Part shown: piece by piece, positions 48,495 to 62,400 of the stretch | Position numbering within the stretch: position 1 is the stretch's first letter | Layout of the letters: the number at the start of each line of letters is the position of its first letter | Source of the DNA: Phoronis australis | Taxonomy: Eukaryota; Animalia; Phoronida | Direction: 5' to 3' | Assembly (NCBI GenBank): GCA_002633005.1 | Contig: NMRA01000076.1 | Location: 1,031,705-1,095,704 of the forward strand | DNA length: 64,000 nucleotides | Made by a program: the position numbers and the translations under genes | The notes under the pieces: model-generated | What the model saw: the letters and a program-made list of their open reading frames with translations, nothing else | Database searches by the model: none | Told to the model about the DNA's origin: nothing

Positions 48495-50280
48495 CCCCCT
48501 CCCCTTCCCGTCGACACCTCAAGTGGCATCCCCCACTCCACCCCCTAGTCGGTAGCTGTGCAATCCACATTGAAACTGGCGCCCCTCCTTGAAACATGTT
48601 TGGCAAACCCCTTCCGCAAGCGCCCGGGGACACCTGACGGCCCCCCTCCCTTGCTAAACCACAGAGGCAGTCACTAGGTATGTTTGAAATCCAGACCATT
48701 GCTTGTGTTGTACTTTGTTGACCTAATGTATGTCATGAATTGATTCATTTATAAAATTGTCTTTCGTGAATTGTTTTTCGACCCGGGGATGCAAATACGA
48801 AATTTCTGGCAATCGGTGGAGATTAAAATTCGTAGCAGCCTGCGGGGACATTGCAATGGAAAACTTACAATGAGTGTTGACCGAGTTAACGATTTTTTGT
48901 ACTGACCAGAGGGCCATAGCCCCCGTGGGTGTCTTTTTTCCTTTGTCACTGGCTCTCACAACGAAAATCAAATAACGAACGCAAGGCAGATACGGCTTCT
49001 TGTCCCGTCTACAATCTCCATGTAGACAAACAGCGACGGCATCTATCATATAGACGAAGAACTCATGCCAGTTATAACTTATGTATATAATTTTTTGTAA
49101 TAAGCAATAATGATCAGTGTAGTTTCACAGAATGGCAATTACCGGGATTTTCCACAGATAAGTCCACCCGATGAAACGTCCATGGGCGTTTGGTTGGTGT
49201 TGCAACTCTTAGTGTCAAGTGTCCAGATAGTGGGGCGTTTATTCGGAAAATTTCCTCATAAAGGTAGGACCAAGGGCGATTCGTCTAAAGCTTCGAACGA
49301 AAAAAGTACGAGAGAGGCAAGTTTTTGTTTTAGGTTATGAACAGGTTAGGAGCGACTGAATGAATTATTAGACGGTCCATTTTTGGAAAGGAGCAATATG
49401 GCTGTTACAAAGTTCCAAATTAGGCCACAAATGGCTTCAATGAAAACCTTCAAAATAGCCGTGTTTGTCACGCAAAATCAAAGCATACAAATTTGAAAAA
49501 GAATTTTCGAAGTTGTGTCTTTTCTTAAGTTCAATAGATTGATGTCAACAAGTGATAATGCTAAATTATTTAACCTATGTAAATATGTATTTATGCTTTT
49601 GACTTCGTGATAGCTTGCTGCACTCCCAAGTAGGCCCTAAGTTACATATTGTTCTTTTGTACAGTAGGCTTATGGCCTTTATTACAGAATTGATTGATTG
49701 AATTTCAAAAACGGAAAAAGCGGCAGACGACAACATTTTCCCTTTCTTCAGACTGAAGAGTTCCTGGATAAATAGTTATAGACTCAGTAAAAGATAATTT
49801 CTTATCTACAAGTAGATAATTTCTCATTTTGAAAATTTTAACCAATTTGTTTTCTGTGCATAAAGGTTTCCTCGGACTTTTTCGAACCTTTTTATTGAAA
49901 GCACATTTTTAACCACGTGTTAGACGATACAGACTGCCTCAGAAATAAACCCTGGGAAAAACCCCCAAAGGTAATTGACAATAACTTGTTTCTTTTCTAC
50001 CTGTTTCGCTGCTAATTTGTTTCCCCGAATGTCCGGGCTCTGTGCCCATGCCGACAGTCGCCACGGGTTCACCATAACGCCTGGAAATTTTGTGTGGGGG
50101 AATAAAAACGTCAGTCATGCATGTCAATTTAGCAAACTGTGAAACTCACTTTAATGTTTAAGGGTTGTTGAGGATTTACAAAGCGTTATTTTGTTACAGG
50201 TATTTAAGTTTCTTCAAATGCCTTAAACTGTGCTCAGTGTTGGATACTTGCTTTTGTACCGTGAACGAAACAAGAACATT

Positions 50281-50550
50281 NNNNNNNNNNNNNNNNNNNN
50301 NNNNNNNNNNNNNNNNNNNNNNNNNNNNNNNNNNNNNNNNNNNNNNNNNNNNNNNNNNNNNNNNNNNNNNNNNNNNNNNNNNNNNNNNNNNNNNNNNNNN
50401 NNNNNNNNNNNNNNNNNNNNNNNNNNNNNNNNNNNNNNNNNNNNNNNNNNNNNNNNNNNNNNNNNNNNNNNNNNNNNNNNNNNNNNNNNNNNNNNNNNNN
50501 NNNNNNNNNNNNNNNNNNNNNNNNNNNNNNNNNNNNNNNNNNNNNNNNNN
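50281..50550. other. Assembly gap
   Basis: N run. Confidence 1.
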
Positions 50551-50589
50551 AATTACACCAAGTTTGTACGAAATGGGATGTTGAAAGCC

Positions 50590-53043
50590 GAACTGTAAAT
50601 TGTGAGACTCTAGAGATAGATTTATCAAGATATCCAGGTATGGGCAGGCAGAAGTGGAATCCCCAGGTGGTTAACAAAGCAGATAGCCGCGTCCAGAATA
50701 AAGACATAGTTGGTACAGTCTCTTATGTTTGACAAGGTGTGAGTTTTCTACCATCCACTAAGGCGACAAACGGGAAGGAGAGAGATATGGTGGTAGTATT
50801 TGTGGAATTAACTTTGTACTGGGAAATAAAGATACGGAAAGCCCAGGAGAGGAAAGCTTTTAAGAGCAGCGATCTGAGCCATGAGTTTTCAAGAAGTGGA
50901 TGGAGCAGCTCCTGTTTACTGGTTGAGGCAGAAGGGTAAGGTAGATTATGTCAAGGATGTTGAAAATTTCACCTAATTCAAGGAAGCCTATGATGAAGTC
51001 AGTAGTAGCCGAAAAGGAATCAGCATCATCATGGTTGTAGTTGCAGAAGACCAAATAGTGGCAAACTACCCGTTAAACCGGAGCCTGGTCAACTTTAGGG
51101 GTGGGGGCTAGCCTTGGTGCGCGTTCATGTTAAACATGTTGCAAAGACGTCATCTTGTTGATGATTGACGGGGGAGCAGAGAAACTAAACTACATCTGTT
51201 TAAAGTTAGTTTAACGATTGGAGAAGTCCAGTAACGTCTGGGAAAGGCCAGAGGACAACTCGGGGAGACGAGTGACACTTGGAGGGGAGAATGACGTCAG
51301 GGAACGACTGACGGGCTGGAAGTGTTAGCAGCCCAATACCGAGTTCTCCATGGGAAAACAAATTATTCTTTGCTATGAGTTACAAACCCAAGGATTCTCC
51401 AAGTGGCGGAACTGAAGATGAACCAAGAAACACGTGGGCGGTTATCATACAGTGAAGTCCAACTAGAAGATCATCTGGGCCCAGTTGCATAAAAATTATA
51501 CGCCGTATAGCAACAATGACGTAGCATTATCACGCGTCACGTTGTTATTGTTGAACAATGCACCTGACGTCATGCAACAATCAAACTTATACAGCGGATA
51601 ACTTTTAAAGCTTTATGCGACTCAGCCCTGGTGGAGATTCATAGCCACGCGAACCGGCTTGACAATCTAGAGGAGTTCGATTGGATGGATGAGGAAATTC
51701 CACCTGAAGTTCAGTTTGACGTTGGACATAATAAGTTCTTTAAGGTAATAGTGTCGTCATGGAGGCCACAGCCGATTCCGTCTGAGTCTAGTTACATCGT
51801 ATACAAGAAGTGCCCGGGGCTATTAAGACTATTATGGAAGTTACTGAGAGGAGTCTAAAAATCGAAGACACTTGTTGATCACTGGGGCGAGGCTAAGGGT
51901 TGTTACACTCCAAAGAGCAAAGATGCAATGCTATAAAACACTACATGAACATGTACAGGACAATTTCCTTGCTTGATGTGGAGTACAAAATGTTCTTCGC
52001 AGTGACTGCATCAAAAAATGTCAAGTACGCCCTAGGGGACGGATAAATTGACCATGCAGTACATACAGTACCAGGACATTCGATTTTCCTGTTCTAACAG
52101 AGCTTATCGGTAATACAAAGGCAATCATGCAGGACTAGGGCAGCTGTGTGCTTAGATTTAGAGAGTGCTCATGGTTCCATGTAACATTCACTCAGTAGAA
52201 AGGCGAAAGCGACATTTCATTTTCTAGAATGAGTTCAGAAGGTCATCAACGACTATTTAAACAGTACACAGATGCAATTTTCTACGATGGATTTTGCAAC
52301 AGATTTCAAGCCTTTGGAGAAAGGATCTTGACCGGGTGCCCCATTTCAGTCAGTTTATTTGTTCTTGCGATGAACTTCATAATTCGGCGAGCCAGCAAAG
52401 TCTGCAAGGCTGACTCCTTCCCTTGTGCCGTGCATTTGTTGATGACCTAACAGCAACCACATCAACAGTGGTAGGAGCAGGACGGGTGTTGATGAAACTA
52501 GAAGAGCTAATTGTTTCGGGCAGGATGAAGTTCAAGGTGCAGAAGTCAAGAAGTCTGGTTTTTATGAAAGGGAAAATGCGCCAGCACCAAGCCTGGGTGA
52601 GAAGTTAGTGAAATATCTGGGCAAGGTGTACGAAAGCAGCCTAAACGACTTCACAAATGCAATGGACACAGTGACCCCGTTCAGGGAGAGCCTGAAAAAG
52701 ATAAACAGTCGACTACATGGAACAGGAGGCAAACCAGCTTATCAGGAAATGGTTGGACGCACCAATGAGTTTCACGTCAGTTGGATTATATAGTAGGACG
52801 ACATTATTCTTTCCGCCAAGGTCTCTGGTTGAAGACTTCAAGGTGTCAAAAGCAAGAGAAGTTCTCACAATCTGAGATTCCAAAGACAAATTTGTTAGGT
52901 TATCAGAGATTCAAGTATCATCAGCAAGCAGAAAATGGAATCGTCAAGTGGTGTTAACAGGGCAGAGAGCAGCCTCCGGCATAAGGGCGTAGCTGGTACA
53001 GTCTGCTGTGGTTGGCAAGGTCTGGGTTTTGTACCATCCACTA
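50590..53043 (+). mobile_element. Two decayed RLE-type (HERO/NeSL-like) non-LTR retrotransposon fragments, head to tail
   Basis: YIVYKKCPGLLRLLWKLL, RTISLLDVE, ILTGCPISVSLFVLAMN, RAFVDDLT, RMKFKVQKSRSLV, KYLGK and KW...GTV...QGLG motifs. Confidence 0.75.
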
Positions 53044-53092
53044 GACTTTTCACTTATCTGCTCTACTAGTCTTAAGACTTAGATCTTCCTTA

Positions 53093-56000
53093 TAGTCAGG
53101 TTCACTATGTCCAAATTTTGACATTCATTGGAATTTTCTGGGGGAAGTAGAAACATTTTTGGAAACTCATGGAATGAGGAATCAGAAAGTAATTGATTCT
53201 ATTTTTGGCGGCCATTTTGCTCAATGTCTCAGTACTTGGGTCACTTAGAATGTTATTTTCTATGGATACACCAGCATTTCTTGGGACGCAAAATTGAACA
53301 TTCTAATTTTTGGCGGACGTCTTGAATTTTCAAAAATGGCACCCGTAATATACATTTTGCTCATTATCTCTGCTCTTGGTTTTTTAATGTTTATTATGAA
53401 ATCTTCAGTACGATAAATATACATGCCCAGAAAGCGCCAAGAGGAATTGTATATGGGTTAAATAAATACAAAGAAAACCATATACAGTTATTATACACAA
53501 ATATATAATTTAAAAAATGATGTTAATATTACAATGACATATGTAAATAAATCATTTTTATACACAATAAATTATTTCACATGTATACAATTTTATCGGG
53601 TATCCAACAATGTTAGTTTTAATGGCTCCACCCCATTTGTGGGGCAAGGAATTGAAAAAACAATCCACCTTTAACCATCAGGGAAGCAAAGGACCTCACT
53701 GTCACACCGTACCACATACGTAGGGTCCGTAGCGACAATCCAAAACCACAAACAAGCAAAAGAACACATGAGTTTGTAGCCAAGAGGGAATCTCTGGCAC
53801 ATATCAGCCGACACACCTTGTATGGCTAGTAACTTTGGCAGTAACCAGGCTAAGGAATGAAGAGAACAGGAAGATCACATACTGGACAGGCTTCAACTCA
53901 CTAATATGTACAAGCCAGTCTCTCACTGAGTTTGGTGTGTTACCACTAATTCCAGAGGTGGCCCATGACTTAACGAACCTGCTAATATTTGTTATGCAGA
54001 CGAGACAGTTGAAGAGGCTGGTTGCTGGCGAAGCTCATCCAACTGTCATTTCATGTGACATTGGTGTACACCAGAGAGTTGTGGAGCTCCTGGATACCAG
54101 ACTTGAACTAAAGCAAACAATGAACCCAAGATTTGGGGAATTGCATGCTAGAATGGCAGCTCAGATAGCTCTTGGGAAGTTCATAGAGTATTCCAGCATA
54201 GATAATGCCTGGGTAGAAGCCAACGTCTTTGGCACTGCAACAACTAGACGGATCCTAAAGTACACTCCTTACAAGCGCACTTTCCGAGTCCATATTTACA
54301 TGCAATCATATACAGCACTGTTTGAGATAGTCCTGGAGAAATTCATTAAAGGAAACCCACAGTTAGAGGCCTTTTGCTGTGAGGCTCTAAATTCATCACC
54401 AACAGCCTGCTCAGAGAAGAACAAAACCAGAAAGGCCGAGAGCAGAAAGCAAACTACCCACAATTTGCTGGAATTGATGACAATTGCCGAGACCCTTGAA
54501 ACATTCAGAGAACGGGACAGCCAAATGACCAGTCAATGCCATGTTTAAGTCCATTGTGAAATATCTGCATCGAGTCCAAACCATCATGGTATTTGTGGCA
54601 ATATCTCGAAATGCTGATTTGACTCTGCATCTCCAGTCTGTTGATGCAAGGATCAAAATTTTCTTTGCTTTTGCTCGCATCAAGTACAAAAGACTCCGGC
54701 CTACATACATTGATGATATGCAAGACCTAAAAACCAAACACTACAACATGTGGACTGAAACTGGAACAGGCATCTCAGTCAGCAAAACCGAAATCCCATT
54801 TGTGTCCTTTGGTGCAGACTTGTGAACACCTCGAGGGGATGGTGAAGGCCAATTCTGTACTGAACGGTATTTCCAGCAATGCCAATGAGATTCTTCATGT
54901 CTGCCTACAGACTCTGCCAATTAGTCAAGATTTACAATAAGCAACAGGCGTCCTCTACGCTTTGACGAAAACAATCACGAAGAAGCAGATGTGTTGGTAA
55001 AACATCATGTAGTGCGGGCATCCCACCAAAACGTCCCCGATTCTCATCTGGTACTTTTTTCACCTGACACAGATGTTCTGGTACTCGTCATTGCCTACTA
55101 TGACCGCCTTCTCAGAAATACTTCAGTCTCAATGGCATCTGGGATTGTGGACATAATTAAATCCAATATGGACCGCACTAGGTGCTGCCCAGACAAACCC
55201 TCTTCCGGCTTTCCATGCTTTTACAGGGGTAGACAACACTGGTCGGTTCTCCAGGATAGGCAAAACAACATGGTTGAATATATAGTTGGAGGCTGACAGT
55301 AATGTTGTCATTGCATTGCATACTCTTTGTACTGCTTCTTGTTCACATTAGCTCGTTTTACATGTGCTGCATACTCACCACAGGGTATTGACATAGATAG
55401 TATCCCCGAGCTGAGATTGTACTTCTTCTGCAAACATACGGCTTACAGTGACAAACTTCCACCACCCATTGGGGCTTTGAACAGCGTGTGCTGATGATGT
55501 ATATTCAAGCCAGAGTGTGGGGACCGGTAGGCATTGTTCGACAGAAGTTCCTTGACCCGTTGCAGAAAATGGGTTTTACAAGGACAAAGACGACCAACTG
55601 ACACCTCTCACAACTTAGGAGGCTCCGGCACCAGGTGCAAAAGATATTGTTCCTCCCAACGATGCTCTCGTCGATCAAAGGACCTACCTTTCACACATCT
55701 ATGTCTGAGTGTTGTCCAGAATGTCAGAATGTTAAACTCTTACAATGCCGTCATCACTGGTGCCAAAGATGACAGAGATGGCGACAGTGATGATCTGTAG
55801 ACCGATTTTAAAGTTTTGAAAGACTATTGACACTACAATAAAGATACTCTCATGTTCTGCAAACGTAAGTAGGTTGTATAGATAGTGGTTGAATTTAAGT
55901 GTGTTGAAGGAAACAAATCCGAACGAAATATGCAAGTAGTAAGACCACAAACATTTTTAAGTCTGGTAAGATAGTGTGCATATGTGTTGGAATACATGAT

Positions 56001-56303
56001 GAAGGCATTTACAAAATGTGGCTGCTAATAAACGGGATCTTGATTATGTTTCACATTTAATAAGTTGTATTTTCGGATTCCTTGCCTACACAAATGTGGG
56101 TGCAGCCATTAAAACTAACATTCTAAGTGACCCAAGAGCAAAGATACTGAACAAAATGTATGTTACGGGTGCGATTTTTGACAGTCTAAGATGGCCGCCA
56201 AGATGGCTGCCAAAAAGGCATCACTTATTTTCTGATTGTTTATTCCATGAGGTTTCCACTTTCCACCAAACAAATCAGCAAAATTACACAACAAACCTGA
56301 CTA
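53093..56303 (+). mobile_element. Academ (AcademX-like) DNA transposon, decayed
   Basis: TAGTCAGGTT...AACCTGACTA termini, long imperfect TIRs and a TTA TSD. Internal remnants include PRFGELH, NHEEAD, SPDTDVLVL, FHAFTG.DNTGRF..IGK (XPG/PIN-like), KLPP and a Cys-rich C-terminus. Confidence 0.85.
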
Positions 56304-56339
56304 TTAACTGACAGTAAGCAATCAAAGAACGCGTTCATA

Positions 56340-56800
56340 CCGTCTCTACCCTCCCTCAGTAATGAGAAAAAAATTGCTTTTCAGACTGTTCAGTGATCCC
56401 AAAAGTGTTATCAACGTATCTCAACCAAACTCTTGGTTTCACTTTAGAATAAGTGCAAGTTGACGACAATAGGGGATACGGGGGATTCCACGACGCATAT
56501 ATTTGTTGATCAAATGAAAAATATAGTGCCTTGAAAAATCTGCTGAAGATCACTCACATCCGTAGCAGATAAACTCGTCCTTGGCCACAGTTGGTGGTCA
56601 CAGCAGAGGCGTTCATGAATCACTGCAACAGCGACTCGATTACACACCATGTTGCCAAGTTCGTTGCTGACATTTTGTCTCCGCTAGTTGGCCAATCAGT
56701 CCATCACAATGACAACATTCAGAATCTTGAGGAAAAGGTGAGCGATAGTTTTCTCGAGGAAGACGCGCTTTTCACATCCTATGACGTTTTTTCGTGTATG
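56340..56800. mobile_element. Penelope-like RT fragments in opposite orientations
   Basis: Minus strand KPRVWLRYVDNTF; plus strand HVAKFVADILSPLVG...SYDV. Confidence 0.7.
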
Positions 56801-58039
56801 TATACCCACCTGCTGCAAGGATTCCTGAACGCCTCTGTAATGACCAACAGCTGTTCTCAAGGACGGGGGGTCACTTGCTGGTACACCGAAGTACAGAACC
56901 AAAACAATATGTACCGATGGCCGGTCGGCGCATCGACCCATGAGTGACCCTCAGGTGCCATGCCAAAGCGCTTATTAATCTTAAGATTTTTGACAATACA
57001 TATCTATTTGTGTATGGAATCCTACGTAACAATTAAATAAGATGGACAACGTAGTTATTGAACCCTTTTATATGACGGTAAACAACACATATTTTCACTG
57101 TTCCCTGCAGGACCCAGGCAACAAAATCTGATACAGTGTAATGATTTTGTTCATTTTTTTCACATAGCCCTAAACAGGATAACAATTTCAAAACATTCAA
57201 TCATGAAACTAATCACTGCTGTGATCACGGCTATAATTTGTGCAGAACAAAAATTGAACAAATTTTTGAAAACAACCTTAAAATCATTTACTTGCAGGCA
57301 AAATTGTGGAATTCTGTATAAAAAACATTTTTTTCACACTTTACATGTGCGCACGCTGGGGGGGCTCCTTCGAGCCCTCCCCCATTTGGCGAAGTGGACA
57401 AAAAGGTCCTTCTCAGAGTAGAAAACGAGACAAAAGTCCACTAAAAAGTTAGGAACAATTCATGGCTCTGAAAGTACCCCGTGAATCTTAGTGAAAGGTA
57501 CATATTCTACAAAATGCGAGCCCCTCATTGTTTAGGGGGTGCGCCCAAGCTCTGAATTTATTCATAAGATCATCCCGGACGGAAAAATGGACAAAACAAT
57601 GTTTCTTACCGATAGTGATCTAGTCTTCCTCAACATTGCAAATTCCATTGCAAGACAAGCCCACGATCATTACACTTCAAACACCATTGTACGTGGATCC
57701 ATTTTCGGAGCACAAGTGACACGGGAAAAATTTCGAAAAATCATATGAAATTGGCAACTTCTCAATACACCCGGTCGTCCTTAGGTTATCCGCAAATTCT
57801 ATGGCTAAATGAATTTTCCCGCAAATTTGACTTAAAAATGAGCTGGGTACTTANCCCACTCCCCAACTCAAAATCCTGTATCGGCCCCTGGTAACAAGAC
57901 TTACCATACACTCTCTGCCAGACTTTTAGCAAATTGTGCAGTTATCTCCCATGACTTCTAATTTACTGATAATAGTTCATTCCTGTGTATTTCTTATGGA
58001 GGGCTGCAGGCAAAATTTAGCGCATGCGCAGTAGCACGT

Positions 58040-58870
58040 TACAAATTTTTGGCCAAGGAAAAGATAGCACCCAACACCAATGCTGGAGTAAAACCAAGGG
58101 TTTGGTTGAGAGACGTTGACGATACTTTTAAGATTATTAAACAATCTGAAAAGCAAAACCTTTCTCTCGTTAAACACCATAAACGGATATATGAGAAACA
58201 CAAGATTCGTGATTCCCTGGAAAAGAGGTACCCACGTTGGGTCATTAGCAAGGCTACCCGTAGAACACTCCGATTGGAAATCAACAACATTGACGATATT
58301 CAACCTGATCAACCATTGGCCAGGATACCTACTCCTTATGTAGAAAGAGTTTCTGAACAACTACTACATGTGTTCAGGGCATTTGATATCACCACGTTTT
58401 TCAAACCTGTTGGCACTTTGAGACAAGAACTCGCGAACCCTACGGACAAACAACCTAAAGAAAAAATAGCTGGTGTGGTCTGTAAAACACAGTGTGAAGA
58501 GTGCCCTGAAACCTATGTAGGCAAAACTAAGCAGTCCTAGAAAATACGGTTGTCCCAACATCGTCGGCCTAGCTCCGGTAACACTTATGACTCTTATGCC
58601 GTGTGTACCCACTGTCAGGCATCCAGCCACAGCTTCGACCTTGACAATGTACTAATCATTGACAAGGAGAAAAATTGGTCTGAACAGGGAGTCAAAGAGT
58701 ATAAACACGAAAGAATTAAAAATCCGTCAAGGAAGCGAGCTTCAACTTACCAAACACCTGAGACAGGATTCTGACTAAAGTTTCCCGCCGATTTTCTGAA
58801 CTCTGACCGGAATCCACCAGAGGTTGCACTGGCTTGAAAAAGCCAGAGTGGTTGAAGAAAGTTGCATATT
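58040..58870 (+). mobile_element. Penelope-like element 3' fragment (RT end plus GIY-YIG endonuclease)
   Basis: KPRVWLRDVDDTF, PYVERVSE, TTFFKP..TLRQ and AGVV..CEECPETYVGKTK..RL.QH. Confidence 0.85.
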
Positions 58871-58933
58871 TATCTAAGTAAGACCTATGTTGCTTGCTAA
58901 CAGTCCTTTTGATGTGGACGCTACTGATGAGAT

Positions 58934-59498
58934 TTAGCGATGTTCCACAGATTTCAAAAGAGTAGCTGGGATTTTTGTAGGTCCAGTTCCGGATGCAAAA
59001 GGAAGCGAAAGGATGCTGACTTCCGAATCACTGCTAGTCAAGCTCGCAGGGTTAACGTAAATCGTTGATGTTTTCTGGTCACGGAGTCCAGGGGAGGAGG
59101 TGGTAGATCGCTCGCTTGGACATGACTGGGCTTCCTCAGGAGATGAGTGACCGGTGTTGAATCCCCATGCGCGTGGATTGAACTGTGTGTCACTGAGTGG
59201 ACCGTCAATCCAAGTCGGACATGTTGTGGTGTCTGTGAGCGATTCCCTCAGCTCAGCTTCAAGCCCTTTCTTGAACTCCATCTCCGATTTTGACAGTTTT
59301 GGCTCTGCGGAATTGCTGCTTGCCAGCTTGTCTTCGGGTGGCGTCTCGGACTGGGCATCTGACTGGCTGGTGCAAGCGACGTACAAGACTGTGGAACTAG
59401 AAGCAGCGCTGTCAGGAAAGCACAGCTTTGATAGTAAGACTGGGTCAATTCTGACGCTGTCAGTCTGTGTGCTCTTAACGCGTGTTGATGGTACTCCA
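58934..59498 (-). CDS. Terminal exon (Ser/Thr/Pro-rich, ends LKSVEHR*)
   Basis: tttcag| acceptor followed by ~187 open codons to TAA. Confidence 0.75.
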
Positions 59499-62400
59499 CT
59501 GAAACGAAAAATATTTGTTTCCAGGTTACAGCAATGACCAAAATCTTCGGGATAAAGTTGTTCCTAACGACATTTTGGTTTTCCTCATTTTATACTCCCG
59601 CAAGATGTGTGGTTCGATCAGTAAAACGTTTTTATTTTCTTTACATTTCAGTGCTGGTGCCAGACAACTTTTGTTTCAGAAAATACTGATTTCGTCTGGG
59701 AAATTGTGATTGAAGAAGCCAGTTTGCGAACATATTTATCGTCGGTCGCGCGCGGGGAACCAAACTTAACTTTAATTCACAGCTACTATCTTAGCTAATT
59801 AGAAGTTTTGTTTTGAGGTCGAGTCCAAACGGTTGCAGTTGATTATAACGAACCGGTGTTAGTATTTTTAGGGAAAAAAGTAACAGTTCAGAGGTCAATT
59901 TCGTTGTGACTTCAAGAAAGATGGATCCCGGATGTAAACAGTTTTTTTAATTCCTTGGCGGGTTACAAGCACATAACATTTTCTCTCACTGCTGTGATGA
60001 TCTTCGTGTGACGTGTATTCACACCAAATAGCCTATCTAACCTTAATCTAGTGATGCGGTGGCTGATTAAAGTGGGCTCCGCGAGGAAAATAGCAACCAA
60101 TTTTGCACACTGATGAGGAAAGTATATAATATAGATTTGTTACTACTTCTATCCGATTTAGTATTGGCAAGACTTAGTTACCGTCCCAACAGGGAGTCAG
60201 TTGATGTTATGCCCATGACCGTGTCAATGGCAGCGTCCGCCTCCTGAATGGTCTTGTCAAATTGCTGGTCAGCTTTTTTATGAAGCTGCAAATATGTAAA
60301 TAGGAAAAGTATTATGAAAAACAACACTTGCTTGTGTCTACAGACTGGAGACGTTCTGTTTCATATATGTGGGTAATCGAGATTTTTGTAAAGGCGTTCA
60401 GGCACGACATTCATCCAGAATGGAATGTTTGCAGTTTAAAGGCTGCTCTTGAAACGTGTCGCTGTTTTAATTAGTAACGGCAAGCGCACATACCAATCGA
60501 TGTCATATTGACTAACAGGGAAAAAGTATATAATGCAATCCAATGTACCCGAGTTTTTAACATTTCACCCAAGATATCCCTAAAACAAGCTCTTCGCAGT
60601 TGCTTTTCCGTAGCGCTCACCTCGGCACATTCCGTGATAAGACTTTGGTTGGCGCTTTCATACATGGCTTTCGTCACTTGGTTATTTGTGACGTCGTTCT
60701 TTGACGCCACCCAGGTTTGACGGTGGACTCGGGCCGTTGTTCTGTACCTCATGTCCATTTTTCTGTGACTTTCCGCCAGCCGAGGCTCTTCCTTCAATAG
60801 AGAACAAGGCAAAATTGTGCAAGGATGCATGTCCCACGCGTGCACATCGGGCGAAAAGCCACAGTGAGATGTTGGCCAGGACAGAATGTACTGATCACAT
60901 GTGGTGGATAGAACTGTCAGGAAAGGTTGGTTAGAACAAACGAACACAGGGTCGTTCTGTTGAAAAGACGTCCGCGGTAAGGCATTCGTAGCAAATTCGT
61001 TGACGCTAAATGAAGACTATTAGACAGAGCACAATAAAAACAGGCACGTTCGGTGTTTTCAATATCCAAGCAGTAAAGACGCCAGAGGGCACTGTAGGTG
61101 AGAGATCATGTTAATACTGTGTACTGGCGCCATCTTAAACTCTTTTGCGAAAAATCTACAACTTTGATACCGGGTGTCTTCGATGACTCATTTTGTTCCC
61201 CTGTAAATTACTTTCATTGATACTCTTGTTGAACATAAATGCACAGAAATAGCATTAGATGTACTAACAACAGCCGACAGAGGAGGTTAGATGACTTAAA
61301 ACGCAGAAATACAAAGGACACTTAGAAGCAGCGGTAGCAATCCATGCACGCACCCAACCTTTCACATGCGTTGGCTCGACATTGCCGACGATGTGGACCT
61401 TTCACTAACAAAAAAGCGGATGGACTATAAAAAAATCACGGGGTGCCAGGTTCGGAGCTGCGAATTGTGCGTTTTCGCCTTTTTAGTGGACTTTTGTCTC
61501 GTTTTCCCGGACTTCTTGTTTCTCAGAGGCGGACCTTTTTGCCTACTTTGCCAAATGGGGGCTCCCTGGGTGCGCGCATGCAATCACAAGAAAATCACCA
61601 ACTAAGGTTTCTATTTTTGTCATCCTTCACATACATTTGTCATTACTTACGTCGGTCAACTTATCGACTTTCTTCTGACATTTCTCCTGCACGATGTTTC
61701 TTTTAACAACTTGCTGAGCAGTTTTTTTCCCCGTATCCATGCTCTCTACACTTCTAAAGAACATACAAATAATACACTACTTTAGTTAATGTCCTACAAT
61801 AACACTTGGTTTAACCCCAAAACGTCGTAGCCAACTCTCTAACCAGCTTATGGCGATGCAGGTGCAGGTGCAGGTGAACAATTCAAATCTGTTCAAATTA
61901 TTCTCACAGCAGTACAGCGTACAAGCGCAGGTAGCGCAGGCTGGTGGGTTACAAAAGTGCCAGACACTTAAAGCTAATGAAACTTTGCCTCCAAATGTAG
62001 TTCGGCTATATGACTTCAGAAAGTCTCGGTAATGAGCAAAAAGGCACGCAGTTAGGACGAATTTCAATGGATCACATGCATACAGAAATTTACATGCATC
62101 ATATTAATTTGTTCAGTTCTGAGAAATAAAGGGCTAAACCAGAAGGTATACATATTTTGAGCTAATTTAAAGAAGTAGGTCACTTTTGTTTGATGGTGAT
62201 TTGGCGAGAACTGCAATTTCGCTGAGGGACTTTCTTCAGAAATAATAGCGTTTCAAGTGAAATTTATGTTACTAAGCCTACAAGTGAGGCGTCTTAAGTC
62301 TGTTTGACTACCATAATCAGATAGCAGCTGAACACTGCCATCACTCAATCAAACTTACGACTTGAATACAGCCATCGACCTCTCTGCATCATATTTCATG

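Noticed and set aside
47614-48699. Multiple GC-rich ORFs
   Set aside because: They arise from the 173-bp satellite and the gap.
58825-58870. Possible Penelope hammerhead ribozyme
   Set aside because: The core reads TTGAAAA...GAAA rather than CTGANGA...GAAA, and I could not build convincing stems.
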